64,000 bases of DNA from Paramecium tetraurelia (lineage: Eukaryota), in assembly GCA_000165425.1 (NCBI GenBank), contig CT868028.1, positions 1-64,000 on the forward strand. The letters are read 5' to 3'. Within the stretch, counting starts at the first letter, position 1. Each line of letters starts with the position of its first letter. The notes below the pieces were generated by a model. That model was not told the DNA's origin. It did not search any database and worked only from the letters and a program-made list of their open reading frames with translations. The translations under genes were made by a program, and so were the position numbers. This document shows, piece by piece, positions 12,744-27,051 of this stretch.

Positions 12744-13421
12744 TAATATTTAAAAATGATTTTATAAATGTTTTTATTTATAAATGACTTGATAAACGAT
12801 TTTTTAATTAATATTTGATAAAATTGAAACAACTTTTAACTAAGCTTAATTGTAATTATTGCTAGCATTTTCCATTATATCATTTTCAAAATTTAATTAT
12901 CAGATATTTCAAATTAGAATCAAGCAAAAGAGAAGATGAATGAATATCAAAGCCATTTTCAAATAGATTTTAAAAAAAATAAAAATGCATATTATTATAT
13001 TTTAGCTTTCATAACACTCTGTCTCACTAAGATTAACCGGTTTACATAAAATGCTAAACATAGCATTTTAATAACAAGAAGATGTATCATTAGAGATATT
13101 CTTAATAAATATTGATTTTAATTTGAAAAAATATTTGGAATTCTTCATAGCCCATTTTCAATTCTATATTCAAATATTAATGTTAAAAATTAAGTAGAAT
13201 TCTTTTTGACTTGAAAAGAAATGTCAATTTACAATTTAAACATTCAGGTGGATCCAGGTTGAAAAAATATCAATTTTTAATTTAATAATATATCAAAGTC
13301 TTTATTATTGATTAATATGTTTTAAATTTAATTTATTGTCTCTTATAGTATTCATATCCAAAAAATTGATCAAAAAAAATATAAGATTATTTGATATTTT
13401 TGCTTTTAATGAATTATATAA

Positions 13422-16400
13422 TCATGAGATTGTATCAACATCTAATCCTTCAAATTCTTCTAATCCAAATTATTCTTTCTAATCTTTTGTTCTATGCCAA
13501 AATAGTATTACTGCAGCAATAATAACTATAATAAAAAAGGCTAACAAAGCATATTCAAATCCAAATTCCGTCTATGGTTTATAATTAAATTTATATATAG
13601 CAGTTTTGTTATTTATAAAATTATAAGCAATTAATTGGCATTCAACTTTTTTACTTTAAAGGTAGATTTCAATCTCAAAGCTACTTATTTTATATGTTTG
13701 GAAATCCTCCAATAAGAACCCATAAGAACTATTAAATGTGATAATTTGTGGTAATTAGAATTATTAGAAATTCGCTATGACATTTACAAATTAAGACACT
13801 GATGAAAGTAAAATTTCAAATGTAAATTCTTAAAGATGAAAATCAGATACATTGTAAATAACATATCTTGGTACATAGGGATGTTTTAAATAACCTACAA
13901 TTACTAAATTACAAGAGATTGTAGCACCAATAAAATTGTACTAATGTAAATCAAATAATGAAGGAGAGTATTTCCATAATTGTTAGAATTTTAAAGTAGA
14001 TAGTGAAAATTCGTTGGAATTGATTCTATATTCTAATTGGATAATTATAGTAAATGCATTCATAAAGCACATCATTTTTAATTAGTTGAAATATTAAGAA
14101 AGTACTAGAATTTGTAAAATATAAGCATCAAATTAAAAGTAATCTTAAAGTGATATTTTTTTAGGTTAAATAAAAGTTATTTGTTCTTAAAATTTACTCT
14201 TTCCTAATAAATAATATAAATTTGCATCATCTTTACATAAATAGATAATTGCATAATAAGATTCATTTTATTGCTCATAAACTGATTGCTAAATACTACG
14301 GGTTTAGCATATTGTGAAAATACTTTAAGTAATGTTAAAATTTGATTGATAGATAATAATCTGATAGTTATTTTAAATGTATATGATATCATCTTAAAGT
14401 ATGATCTATTCACCATTGATATTAAAACTAGTCAAGTAAGTTAAATTACTTAATGATTAGTTTGTAATAGTGATCCTAAATAGCTATTTTTAATAACTAT
14501 TTAGGTAAGGTAGATAACAAATAAAATATATATAAAAAGCATTCATTTAGATGATAATATCTAAACATTAAGATTGACTAATAATTTTATTTGATCCATT
14601 AATCAGCTTCCCTGCTGAAGAAATATTATAAAGCTAAAAAGAGATGTTGTAATAAGAAAATAAAGTATAGTTTGTTAAAACCCTTAAGCATAATATTTAT
14701 TAATTAGACACAGTTGTTTAATCGCATTTAAAAGTAATCATTGTTGTTTCAGTTATAATATTTGTAATTTTGAATCCAGTTTCGCAATTCGTACCAAACC
14801 ATCCAATTTATCCACTAGAAGTAATATTATCTGATTTTAATATTACATGACTATTTTAAACATCAAATTGTTTACTCTCCAATTAAATATTTGAAAAATC
14901 ATTCAATAATATGATTTGTTAATTTTAAGTTACAATTTAAGATTAAATTGAAACATTAAAAATATTAGACCAAAAACTTATTTGATTTGTTATTGTATTC
15001 TTTATCCTACTCTAATAAGAGTATGTTAAAACTGGATATAATGAATAAATTTCAGAATTAAATGAAATTAAGGATACAACTCCTTCGGATGAAAAAGATG
15101 AAAAATAGGATCCATTAGATATAAATTTATAAAACTATGATGAATGTTCAAGCATAGCTGGATTATAAGCATAAGTGTAATTATTAGTTTGAACATAATA
15201 AAAAAGATTATCAGCAAAAAATTGAATGTTATTAGAATTATTAATACTATTTAAATGTTTTTCAAAAAATGGATTGCTCAAATTTTGAACATTCCAGACT
15301 TAAAAACAAATTAATTAACTACTTTAACAACTATAACTTAGGATCATACGATTATTTACAATTTTCATATCCGAAAATTCAGACTCAACATTTACAATAC
15401 TTTTAATAATATAACTATTCTAATCTATTATCTATCCAATAATAACGCTGCTGTAATTATTATTAATAAATAATATAGATGAGAATGATTATTAATTTAA
15501 AAATATTCCAACTGGAAAAAAATTAATAACACTATCATTATTAATTGTTAGATTTGTGCAATCTCCAGTTAAATCACATATCTAAATTGTGTTCGATTCA
15601 AGTAGAAGTACAATAGATTAATACACCAAATAAAATTATTAAAAGGGTTAAAAATTTAAAATAAATTATTGGTAGCCATTCTAACTTAGATATAATTATT
15701 ATGAGTTAATCTAAACTCCAAATAAAAAACCATACCCTTAAATTTGATTATTCTTAATAGTTATTAAAGAATTGTTTGGAACTATACAATCAATAAGAAA
15801 ACAGTTATAATTATTATTTTTAATACATCTATTTAGTAAACATATAGTTTGGTTTGTTATTCCAACAGCGACATCCTTATTCAGAATTTGAAAATTAAGG
15901 AATGTTTAATTAATTGAACCTATTAGCTTAAATGTATTATCATTAAAGTTTCCCAAACTAGAATTCATAACATTAAAATTTGCTCTTATTAGGGAACCAG
16001 AAAATTCTGGCATTAAGTATTCGTAACCTTGATTATCAAAAACATACGTATGTTACTTCTCTGGCTTATCATAAATTAAATATGTTTCATTATCATCAGT
16101 ATTGAGAACATAGACATTTAACTATACTTGAAAATCCAAATAGTCCCAAAAATTAGGTTGATTGATCTCATATGGATGTCCAATTATACTAAATTGATAA
16201 TTTTATTAATTCTGCTCAGAATTGAATTTTAATTGAGGATAAGTAATCAAGTAAGTTAAAATCTGAGTGTCACTAAATATAAATAACTAATTGCTATCAT
16301 AATCAAAGGATACTTAACTAAATGAAGAATTTAATTTAAGGCCACCAATAAATAAGTAATTGAAATTAATAATTTCGTAAATCTCAATTCTCTCTTAAAA

Positions 16401-17365
16401 TTATAAAATTAAGAACTAATTACTAAGGAAAACTTAGCAAGGTAAATTACACTAAATTAAATTTAATGATAATATGTTTGAAGTGAGTTACTAATTACAA
16501 ACGGTATATTAAAAGATCTCCCCAATACCAATTATTAATAAACTATCACATTAATAAATCATCATTTATGGATAGAATATTTAAACTTCCATAATTTAGA
16601 AGTCCTAATAGTATGAATTTGTTTGGTTAAACCCTTATGGAGTGACAATTAAAAGATAGAATAAATGTTAATACCATAAGTAAATTGTATTCTGAGATTG
16701 TGGTTTATTAGAAACTATAAAGTTATCAAAAGCAGTATTCCAATTTGATTAATTATGTAATAAAGTATGATCAAACTAAAATTCTGTTAAAATTGAATAT
16801 TAATCATAATATTATGCATAAAGAATAGAATTAATGGAATTACTAGTAAATGACTTAAGGTCTGTTTTTTATGGGATTGATTGAATTTAATTGGAGTAAA
16901 CAATAGTCCAAGAATTCCCATTCTAGACGTAAATATTTAAATTTGTCAAATTGTAGCAGTCAATAAAGATGAAATTCTCTTAAAATTATAGTGTATTAAA
17001 ACAAGTTTATTCTGGTAATACAACTTAATTTATAAGATTTATATATGTAGAGTTCCAACGATAAGTAGTTAAAGTATTTTCTGAAGTAATTAATAGAAAG
17101 TGTGGGGGAGTGGATGAGATAGAAATATATGTTAAATCTGAATAATAAATATAAAAATACTATTATTCTATGCTGATAATAGGTTTAAGGTCTAATACAA
17201 TTGAACATTATCAGGGCAATCCTGAATGGTGAAATTTTGTACATATTTCTTAAATAATTCTTTCATAGGAAGAGAATAGGTTTCTCCTTCAGTAAGATAT
17301 ACATTGTAAGATGAATGTAATGCCTATCCATATAAAGTTATGAATAGAGAAAATAAAGCAATCAT
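13422..17365 (-). CDS. Large type-I membrane/surface protein, ciliate-specific
   Basis: Signal peptide MIALFSLFITLYGQALHS; long N/Y/I-rich ectodomain; C-terminal TM YALLAFFIIVIIAAVILFW and short acidic tail; at least one short intron. Confidence 0.8.
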
Positions 17366-17589
17366 TAATTAATGATATAAGATTTTAATCAATCTCTATT
17401 TTAAGTGTTATTTTTAATAAATGTATAAAAGTTAACATCTTATTTGAATTATGAATCATATTTCATTTATTGATATCATTCTAATGTATTTTATACAAAA
17501 CAAACTGTAATTAAATTAATAAAGGAACTAATTCTCTTTGAGTATAAATATCTCATTCATACAATTGATTATTAACATAAACAAAAATT

Positions 17590-18386
17590 TCAATCATTTT
17601 CCTCAACGTCAATTTCTTCCTCTTTTAAATTGATTTCATTTAAAATTTTTTCAAATTTTTTTTCGCTCTTTCTTATTTTTTATTTGAATTTAATTTATGA
17701 AGCATCAACTTGGGTGCCTTAATACAATATGTTTCCTGAGGAAAGACCTTCATCAATGGAGATCAATTCTAATGCAAATCTAGGGCCAATTTCTCTCAAC
17801 TCTTTTTATTGATATATTTCAAATTATCTAAACCAAATTCTATTTTATGCCTCACCTTCAGTAGTAAAGGAAAATATTCTGTCAATAAAATTTTCAGTAA
17901 ATCTAGCTTATGATACATTGAAGAGAAGAGTTAATATTTCTTTAAGTAATTTATATTTAACAATAGTGTTGAATCGTTGATCAAATTAAAGCAGAACTCT
18001 TCCTTTTTTTGAGAAATTGCCTGCTAATTATAAATCTCTGATTGTAGAAACTAGTTGATAAATAATTAAGGATACCATTAAGTAGAGAGAATTGAACTGT
18101 AGGTCCAGATGGATAGGATCCAAAAACCAATATAAGTTGATTTGCTATTGTATGGAAGACGATAAAGGTGTTGCATCTATGATTTTCACAAAGGGAAGGA
18201 ATAACTGATCTTAATTATTCATATTTGATTTTATTTGTCTTGGATATTAAGGATGGGTACTTTTTTGGAATGTGGAAGAATGTTCATGATGTCCAACATA
18301 AAATGTCTGTGTTGCAATTCTAGGTTTCTAGTGGGTACAATCAAGATATGATTCCTATAAAAGACTTTGTGTTATTTTTCAGCCAT
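17590..18386 (-). CDS. BRX1: Brix-domain ribosome biogenesis protein
   Basis: RHFMLDIMNILPHSKK, GPTVQF, LAGNFSKKGRVLLQFD, EIGPRFALEL; two short introns. Confidence 0.88.
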
Positions 18387-18421
18387 CGGTATAATTGTGG
18401 ATATATTTATTAATTTTATTA

Positions 18422-19069
18422 ATGGGTGATTAATTTTATCAATTATGTTCAAAATGGACAGTGTCAGAGAAATATAATGCTAGTTTGAATGTTGATTATA
18501 AGAAGACAATAGTAGATGTTTGTTCATTCAATACAATAGAAGAATTTGCTTATTTAATGAAAAAGACTATCTATTCAAAATTATCAGATGTCTTAAGTGA
18601 GCCATAAAAATGCAAAATGTAAGGAGATGTTATTAATACAGCTTTAAATAATTTAATGATGAGGTTACAGATGTTTAAATTGAAGCGATATAATTTTTCA
18701 AGAATGATATAAAACCTTGGTGGGAAGATGAAAGTAATAAAAATGGTGGTGAGATCTAATTTGATATACCAACATAATTTTATAATATATATGATAATTT
18801 ATACTAAGATATTTTATACGAGGTGATAGGGTAATCAAATGAGGATTTAAGACATGTATTTAAATTATGTTATTTAGATAAATGGTTTAAGAGTTGTCGA
18901 TAAAATAAATGCTAAACAAGGAAATAGAATAAGAATTGAATTATGGTTAGATATTGATCCCAAAGATAAGCATGACTCTATTTTAAAATTAGATGAATGG
19001 CTCGTATCCTTGATTCAAAAATATCATATTGAGTAAACTCAACTCACTTAAGTGTCACATAAAAAATGA
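18422..19069 (+). CDS. EIF4E: eIF4E-family cap-binding protein (divergent)
   Basis: FNTIEEF, FFKNDIKPWWEDESNKNGG, INGLRVVDK, RIELW; short introns. Confidence 0.88.
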
Positions 19070-19110
19070 ACCTTGTTGATTGAATAGCATTATCATATAA
19101 AAATTATTAA

Positions 19111-19323
19111 ATGGGTTTATTGTTCATATAAATCGATTCCATATTAGATAGAGACTCACAGAGAGCAGATTACATACTGAAGTAAAACGTCATTCCTTTT
19201 GAAGATACAATTCTATAGAAATACAACCACTCTTATAATTCCATTCTAAATCATTATGGAATATCAAAGTAGAAAAGTTCCTGTATCCTAACAATATGTT
19301 CTCTATTTATATTCGGAGAATGA
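19111..19323 (+). CDS. Small hypothetical protein (70 aa)
   Basis: ATG..TGA code-6 ORF filling the gap between genes; no recognisable motif. Confidence 0.3.
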
Positions 19324-19365
19324 TAAAGTGTTGAATTATTAAAATAATGTATATGAACTCTACTA

Positions 19366-20279
19366 TCATTTTAATGAATACAAATAATTTATGATATGTA
19401 CAGCTAAATCTTCAGGTACTTCCAAAGGAGGCATATGGCTTACATCTTGATGAACAACTAGTGTGCATTTGTTTTTACCTATAAAATGAATGTTAGTCTA
19501 AGCCTAATAACATTTATTACGTAAGCATCTGAAATAGGACATATACGGTCTAGTACACCGTGATATAAAAAGACAGGACCTTTGATTTTATTAACTTAAT
19601 TAGTAATATCAAATTTTTATAAAGCCCATGCTACATCGATATAATTAGATTGTTTGAATACGTCCTTAAGTAATTCTAATAATTCAAGATCACTTGGATA
19701 TCTCCCACTGTTGAACAATGCTTTCTTAAATACGTGATAGAAGTAATTGTAATCATTTTATTTCATTTTCATAACATTATGTTTGATTTTTGAATGATCC
19801 ATTACTTATTGTTTAGTTTAGCATTTAATTGATAATGATTTACCCTCTTAATCCTCCATATATAAGTGATTGCCATGACAACCTGCACTTGCTACAAGTA
19901 TTAATTTATGGTAGTATTCACTTTTATCACTTGCCAATTATAAACATACTGCCCCACCTAGAGACCATCCACATAAAATGACTTTTTAAGATATTTCTTC
20001 TTTTTTAAATAACGATAATATTAGATTATGAATTTCTGTAGTCAGATCCTTGATGTCGTCAACGCTATTATTTTGTAATTAGGAATATCCAAATCCTTTT
20101 TAGTCCAAATTAATAATTCTTATTTATTTATCTTGATCTCGCTTTTACATTTCTTGAATAAATTTGCCCCAATGTTGGGAAGAGGTGATGTTTCCATGGA
20201 CTAAGATCAATGCGTATGAATAGGGATAGCAATTATCTTTATGTGTGTCTGTATAATATAATTGTTAATTAATATTCAT
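19366..20279 (-). CDS. Alpha/beta hydrolase
   Basis: LILVHGNITSSQHW, GFGYS, GWSLGG nucleophile elbow, HGVLD, SHMPPLE. Confidence 0.9.
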
Positions 20280-20294
20280 ATATTAATAATAAGA

Positions 20295-21058
20295 ATGTTA
20301 TTAAGGGGAAGAGTTTTGGCTTATTTTGCAAAAGTGAAAGTAACAGACACCCCAAAAATAAGGATAGGAGAGGCGGTGAAATTAATAAGGGAGAGAGCAA
20401 AGGCAAAATTTGATGAGACAATAGATTTTTAATTAAGGTTGAATGTTGATCCAAAACATGGTGATTAAAATGTAAGAGGGACATGCATGTTACCAGGAGG
20501 ATTGGGAAAGAATGTATCTATAGCTGTCTTAACGACTAATGAATTAAATGATGTTGCATTGAGGGTAATTATTTAATTAATCAAAAGGCAGGAGCAGATT
20601 TCGTTGGTCAAGAAGACATATTGAAATCTATTAAGGATGGAACATATAAATTTGAAAAATTAATTACAACATAAGACATGTTGATTCATTTGAAACCCTA
20701 TGCAAGATTGTTGGGTACCAAGGGATTGATGCCAAATCCAAAGGCTGGCACTTTGGTATTACCATAGGAACTATCGTCAGCAATCAAGGGAGCGAAGGCA
20801 GGGTCGATTGAATTCAGAGTTGATTCAGGTTCGAATTTAATGGTGCCAGTTGGAAAGAAATCATTTGAAGATAAAGTGATATTGATGAATATCAAGGCTT
20901 TTTCACTAGCTTTGAACTAGAAAAGACCAACATCTTTGAAAGGACAGTTGATAGGAGAAGCAAGAATAAAGACGACTATGGGATAGCCAGTAGAAGTGGA
21001 CGTGTCCTCATTTGATTAAAGGAACAAAGAAAATGATTTGAAAGATTTGGTTTATTGA
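20295..21058 (+). CDS. MRPL1: Mitochondrial (bacterial-type) ribosomal protein uL1
   Basis: [51 protein letters not shown]; basic N-terminal presequence. Confidence 0.92.
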
Positions 21059-21105
21059 AAAAGTATATTATTATTATATAATATTAAAATAAAAAGTGAA
21101 TATAA

Positions 21106-22485
21106 TCAGAAATTTTCAATGACATAATTTATCAATAGTACAGGACTAATTAAAATGGCACAAATAATAGTGATGGGGGATAATAGAATTCCAAAGAAGA
21201 GGAAAAGTTAAAACGACCAAAATTAAATGCATTTTGAATGATTCTTCATGTTGAAATAAGACATTCTTTTTAATAGGCGGTAGGGTGCAGATAAAATTAG
21301 GTAGATAAGAAAAAAGGGGAGTAAGATGAGCAGTCCACCACTCAAAAAAATGGTCAGGAGGAGTTTGGGGATGATCATCATAACCCTGATTAACATTGGG
21401 TTTCGTAAAGGTGCAATATTAGAAACTTACCCTCCTGGAACTAAAGATATAATCAATGGAAAATACTTGCACATCCAAATATATTAAAGATACCGTAATG
21501 AGTGGATGAATATTTGCCTCTGCAGACCCAACAAAATTCATATTCACATTTGAAACAGGTCATATGATTACAACCACCCTTCTTCTCAATAGGGACTGAA
21601 CAATTGGGGCAATCATTTACTTCCAGTTGTTTCCTCGCTTCAAGATACTAGAAGTCCATAGCTTATTCACAAGACATGCCTTAATGATATTGGCTACCGC
21701 ATTTGAAGCAGATCTGTTGACCACAAGAACAGGTCAGTAAATTGTTACCATTTCCAATTACGTAGTTTTCACAATCCTTATAAATATATTAAATATTATA
21801 CAATTCGAGGACACCATCTGACATTCTTATCTTTGCTTATCAATTGTCTCCTATGAAATCTCTGATATTTTTCATATAAATTATGAGAAACTAGGTCTTT
21901 TATTTAGGGATTTGAGAATTATTCAGAGCAAGATAATTGAGGACACATAATTACCAAGACGTTTCCTCTTATTATATTCTCCTTTAAATGAGCAACTATA
22001 CAAGACTTACAAAATTCATGTGAACAACTCAAGAACTTACGCATTCGTTTGTAGGATAGACAGATTTAGCAGTCTTTAAACCCTTTTTAAATGAAAGGAG
22101 AGTTTTGATTGATATCTAAACATCCCACCATTTCTACTGAGTCCAAACGTCTTCTACACCTGAGTTATACTCTTTTTTTAAATCTACAATTCTTCAAAAA
22201 CCTTTAGATTATTTTGTTGTTTTTGCATATCTATCGTTCATTCTTCATTTATAATCCTAAGTTAATTTCCTGTTCTTAACTATCCTAGATATTTAAATAG
22301 ATTGGGTCGTCTTGACCATTCAATTATTCCCCTTTGTTTTATTAACACTTGAGAGTATCACTTTATTTTAGTTTTGGCCCATGAATTTCAAACAGTTTAG
22401 ACTTATAGAGTTCTAAGTACAAATGCTAATACTTAGGTTTTTATTATTCGAATTGACATAGTTATTCATGTTGATTGCTGTTCAT
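21106..22485 (-). CDS. RBR (RING1-IBR-RING2) E3 ubiquitin ligase with C-terminal TM segments
   Basis: [67 protein letters not shown]. Confidence 0.92.
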
Positions 22486-22550
22486 TTAAATATAAATTAT
22501 TGTTTAAATTCCTCGGGCAATTATTAGATATAAAAATAAATTAAAAAAGG

Positions 22551-24060
22551 ATGTTCCTATATTGTAGATCCTATATTCCCAAATATAGTGCTAGTCAAGT
22601 TATTAAGAATGCCATTTAAAGAAGAAAAGGTAATCCTTTCATAAGAAATAGAACGAAAAAACGTGATGTAAGAGCATTTAGAGAGATTGGCTGATAAATT
22701 GGAATATAAAGTGTATCCATATCACATTACTCACTATGATCCAGCTCATCCTGATTACATCCCAGCTTAAAGACAGGATTACAAATAGAGATTGACTGTT
22801 GACACTCATAATATGCTGGTGGATGGAGTCAAAAGAGATGTGGCCATGTAGAGACAAGTGGATCAAGCTATCAAGAATTTGGATAGACCATACTTGAAAG
22901 GCAAACATGGAGTCACCAAAAATGTTACTGGTGGTCTCAAAGATTACTTTCCCATTGAAATACCATATTCATAAGCAGGAAATCTACAGAATGAAGAATT
23001 GGAATATGAAAATGTGTTCAGAAATGAAAAAAGATGGATTGCTTAAACTATTTATCCAGCTGAAAAAACTGAAAGCCAAAAGAGACATGAAAAAGAATTG
23101 GAATCTAGACCTGTAACCAGCAAATTCCATCCAGACAAAGGATCTAAATATGATGTCGAAACACCATATCATTTAAGATTCCCATATTTGGCTGATAGAT
23201 TGGGACACCCTGAATTCTTGGCCAATCCCTTCTAAAGATTGTTTAGATTAGAAAGTGATATGTATCATCCAAGTTACAATGATTAACCATTTGTTTAACA
23301 TCCATCAGCTGATCCAGATCCCACTTTGAATTTCGAAGAAGGAGAAGTCATCTATGAAAACACAAGATTACAAGAATGGTTAAAATTCGTATGGTGGACT
23401 GGAACATTCAGTTTTGCTTGGATTTGTTGGGTATTACCATATAACATTGTATACAAAACAAATCTCATGTTTGATCACTAAATCGACGCTTCATTCTATC
23501 CTTATCACTTATAATCCATCTATAATATGGATTACATGAGAATCAATGTGTTGGCTGCAACTGCTGCTTCAGCCTATCTATGGTATTTCCATCATATGTC
23601 TATGAACGACATTGGAAGAAACTACGTTACAAAAGTTCAATACAATAAAGATAAGGAGCTGATCTTTGTCACAAGAATGGGATCATTTGGTGTTGTTAGA
23701 GAAGATGTCTTTGAAACTCATCATCTTGAAGTATTACCATACTACACCAAATCCGGTGTGTAGAGTATGAGATAAAATGTAGATACTTATTTAATATTAT
23801 TCTTTAGGATTTAGGAATGTATGAATTGTCATGCTTGAATAAATAAGAGTTGATGTACTTATACAAAGAAGATGCCTTCTGGAATCCTAAATTAAAAACA
23901 CAATTCCTTACAAATCATACTCAATTGATTTCCAAACAATACTTTGGATTGAAGAGGTAATTTTCCATTTGTCAACATTTTTTTTAGGAACGAAGAAGTT
24001 GAATATCAAAAGACCTAAACTGTAGGAGAATTACCCTTAAAAGATTTACCTGCTCCTTGA
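22551..24060 (+). CDS. Conserved ciliate membrane protein, probably mitochondrial (C-terminal part reminiscent of TMEM70/186/223)
   Basis: Long code-6 ORF with three short introns; two TM segments followed by YVTKVQYNKDKELIFVTR; family assignment tentative. Confidence 0.75.
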
Positions 24061-24112
24061 ATTATCAATCATAAATACAAAATAACAACAATAATATATA
24101 TATATAATATTA

Positions 24113-25634
24113 ATGAACGTTGATATATAAAAAGGTAGAGAAAGACCTGTTAGAAGAAACGGCTTAGTTAATGGTCTTAATCCATATCAAACTGTTAGTT
24201 GGATTTATACTCTTACTGATATTATAATAGCTTACATCTTTGCATTTTAGTTTGAAGAGCAGGGAATGCATGTAATATTTAATTTATTTTCTTAAGGAAC
24301 TCTTGCTAATCTTATTAACAATCATTGTTACAACCATTTGTTACAGTTGTCTTAAGGCTACTCTAATAGATCCGACAGATCCTATAGTGAAATAGGAAAT
24401 ATCATACAAACAATAAGGGTAAATATATTTATTATTATGCTAAAGTAAGGAATTTAAAACTGAGATCAAATCTTATTGTCTAGTATGTTAGGCACATGTC
24501 TAAGAAAAAACTAAACATTGTTGGAGTTGTAATAAGTAATTTTGAGATTTCATTTAGATGTGTATCACTTTTTGATCATCATTGTATATGGCTCAATAAT
24601 TGTGTTGGCGAATAGAACTATTCATACTTTTTTATATTAGTTATCTCCTTGGTCGCCTTTAAAATATTCAAATTGGCCTTAGATATCAACCTGATATACT
24701 ATGCAGATGATTTATAAATACTAGTTTATATTTGCATTGCAATCGATCCACCAGTCCTCATCATCCTAATTTACTTATTGTCCATGCATTTATTTTTTAA
24801 GTTTATGATTTATTTGATATTCCTAGATACAAGCATATTACAACATATGAATACATAAAATCAAAGTAGGACAAAAAATAATAAATAAATCAACAACAGC
24901 ATCCACAGCAAAAGTAGAATTAAAATGAAAGTGGAACTGGATATGGTTAGTTATTATCAACTTCAAAAAGATTCGATTTGAAATCATAATTGTCTCTAAA
25001 AACTGCAGATTCCAAAACAAATAAACAGAACTATTTTTCAAACAAACAAGAGGATGATAAAAAGAATCCTTAATAATCTCCATCTTAACCTTAATTCACT
25101 TAGATTCCTAGTTTATTCACTTCAAAGCCGACAACTCCAGGGAATGATCAGGATAGAAAGTATCGAATCTAATAATAGAATTCCTAATCCTAAGCAAAAG
25201 ATCTAGATGAAATAAGGGATAAGTAGATTTACAATTAAGTGATTGCAGAGGATTCAGAACCTCAAATGAATGAAAGTTCAGATGAAGAGTAGAATGACAA
25301 CTTTAACAATAGTAAAAATCATTGTCCCAAGAATAGCAATGTTTCTTAGATTGATTAAGCTGTAAATCAATCAATATCTGTGGAGGTTGACTAATAAATC
25401 ATACAAGAGAAATAGGAGGAAGTGAATAAAGAGATAGAGAATGTAAATTAATCAGCAGATCAAGATATAGTTAGTGTTTCGAACTAATAGTCATTACATG
25501 CACAACAACCTCCTCCTCCTTAGAATTGTTATACATTCTAAATGGATTTAAATTCTGAATAATAGAAGATTATCATATCTCCGTCTAGTAAGAGAAATAG
25601 TTAACATTTAATTGCTGATAATTGTACTGAATGA
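24113..25634 (+). CDS. DHHC palmitoyltransferase
   Basis: RRNG, [41 protein letters not shown]. Confidence 0.93.
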
Positions 25635-25734
25635 ATTTACATGTTGTATAAATTTATAATTAATAAAAATCATAGAAATTGTGATAACATTTTCATTATA
25701 TATATAAATTAAATATAAGTTCTGGTTATTATAA

Positions 25735-26235
25735 ATGAAAAGTTTAGCTTAGAATGTGTAATTACAGAAAGTTATCAAAACTGTAAATGGCCTAAGATCC
25801 ACTGTAGATTAGAGGGTACAAATTTCTATTGGAGTTGGTCTTGCGTTTGCGCTGATTGGATATAAAATCTTCAGAAGTAAGGGTAATGATCAATAATCAA
25901 CGCAATAAACACCAGAAGCTGTTGAATAGGAGAAATAATCGTAAAATTCAATTAACTCTGAAGAGAATGATATTATAGAAATTGAAGAAAACAAGTAATT
26001 AGAAAAACAACAATAATAATAAAAGTAAAGTGAACCAAAATAAAAAAAAAAGCAACTTATATAAAAAATTAATAAAAAGACTAAAAAATAATTTTAAACA
26101 GATAATGAAATGCCTGCTCCTAAATTAGTGATAGAAAAACAAAATTCATTTAAATAGGAGAAAAATGCAGATGATAAATTATTTTTTCAAATATACTAAA
26201 AAATGAACTAGGAAGCTTCAAATGAAGATTCATGA
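25735..26235 (+). CDS. Hypothetical single-TM protein (166 aa)
   Basis: Intronless code-6 ORF; TM ISIGVGLAFALIGYKIF followed by a Q/E/K-rich tail. Confidence 0.75.
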
Positions 26236-26270
26236 GGTCTTTTTCATATTAATTAATTATATTATTATTA

Positions 26271-27039
26271 ATGAAAGTAACTATTATTAAGTCAAATGTT
26301 GATAAAATTTTGAGCTAGATAGAGAATAAGGAAGAAATTATTAATATCACTGCAATAAAATGCAATTTAGAAACTATTCCAATTTTGGATTTCCCTAATC
26401 TTAAAGTCCTTGATCTATCATATAACAACATTTCTTCGTTTGAAAATTTACCAAGCACAATAGAATACTTAAATTTACAAAATAATCAATTTGAATACTT
26501 TGAGGATTTGGAATTTCCTCCATCCTTGGTCTATTTAAACTACAATGGCAACAAGGTTTCCACTAAAATTTAGTATCGTAGCAAATTAATTAAGAGGATA
26601 AAACAGACATGTCCTGAATTCAAGTATTTGGATAATGTTCCCATAAAACTACGTTATGCAGAGATGCCTATCAACATCAGTAAGTTTGATACTGTTATGG
26701 ATTTTACGTATGAGATGTTTGGGGATGAGATTTGATTTTTATATCAGCATAATAACTATAAATTTAGTTCTAATTTATTAATTAAATGAATAAACAAGAA
26801 AGAGAAAATGTTAAGTAACGTATCGAAGAAAGAATATTTTAAATCAAATTAAAAAACACATAACATGTACTGTCATATAGATGATTAATAAATAGGAAGT
26901 AGTAATTGGAAAAAATGCCAATTTTACAAAAATAATTGAATAAGAATATGCAACCAAATATTTGGAGAGCTTAGGAATTGAAGCTAATCAAAAAAATATA
27001 CTAGATGATCTTAAAGAATTATCCATTGAATAGATGTGA
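26271..27039 (+). CDS. Leucine-rich repeat protein
   Basis: LKVLDLSYNNI, IEYLNLQNNQF, LVYLNYNGN, LRR cap YR..LI..KYLD. Confidence 0.85.
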
Positions 27040-27051
27040 AATAACAGGCGG

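Noticed and set aside
12830..13350. Possible small gene
   Set aside because: No convincing ORF or motif; treated as intergenic or decayed sequence
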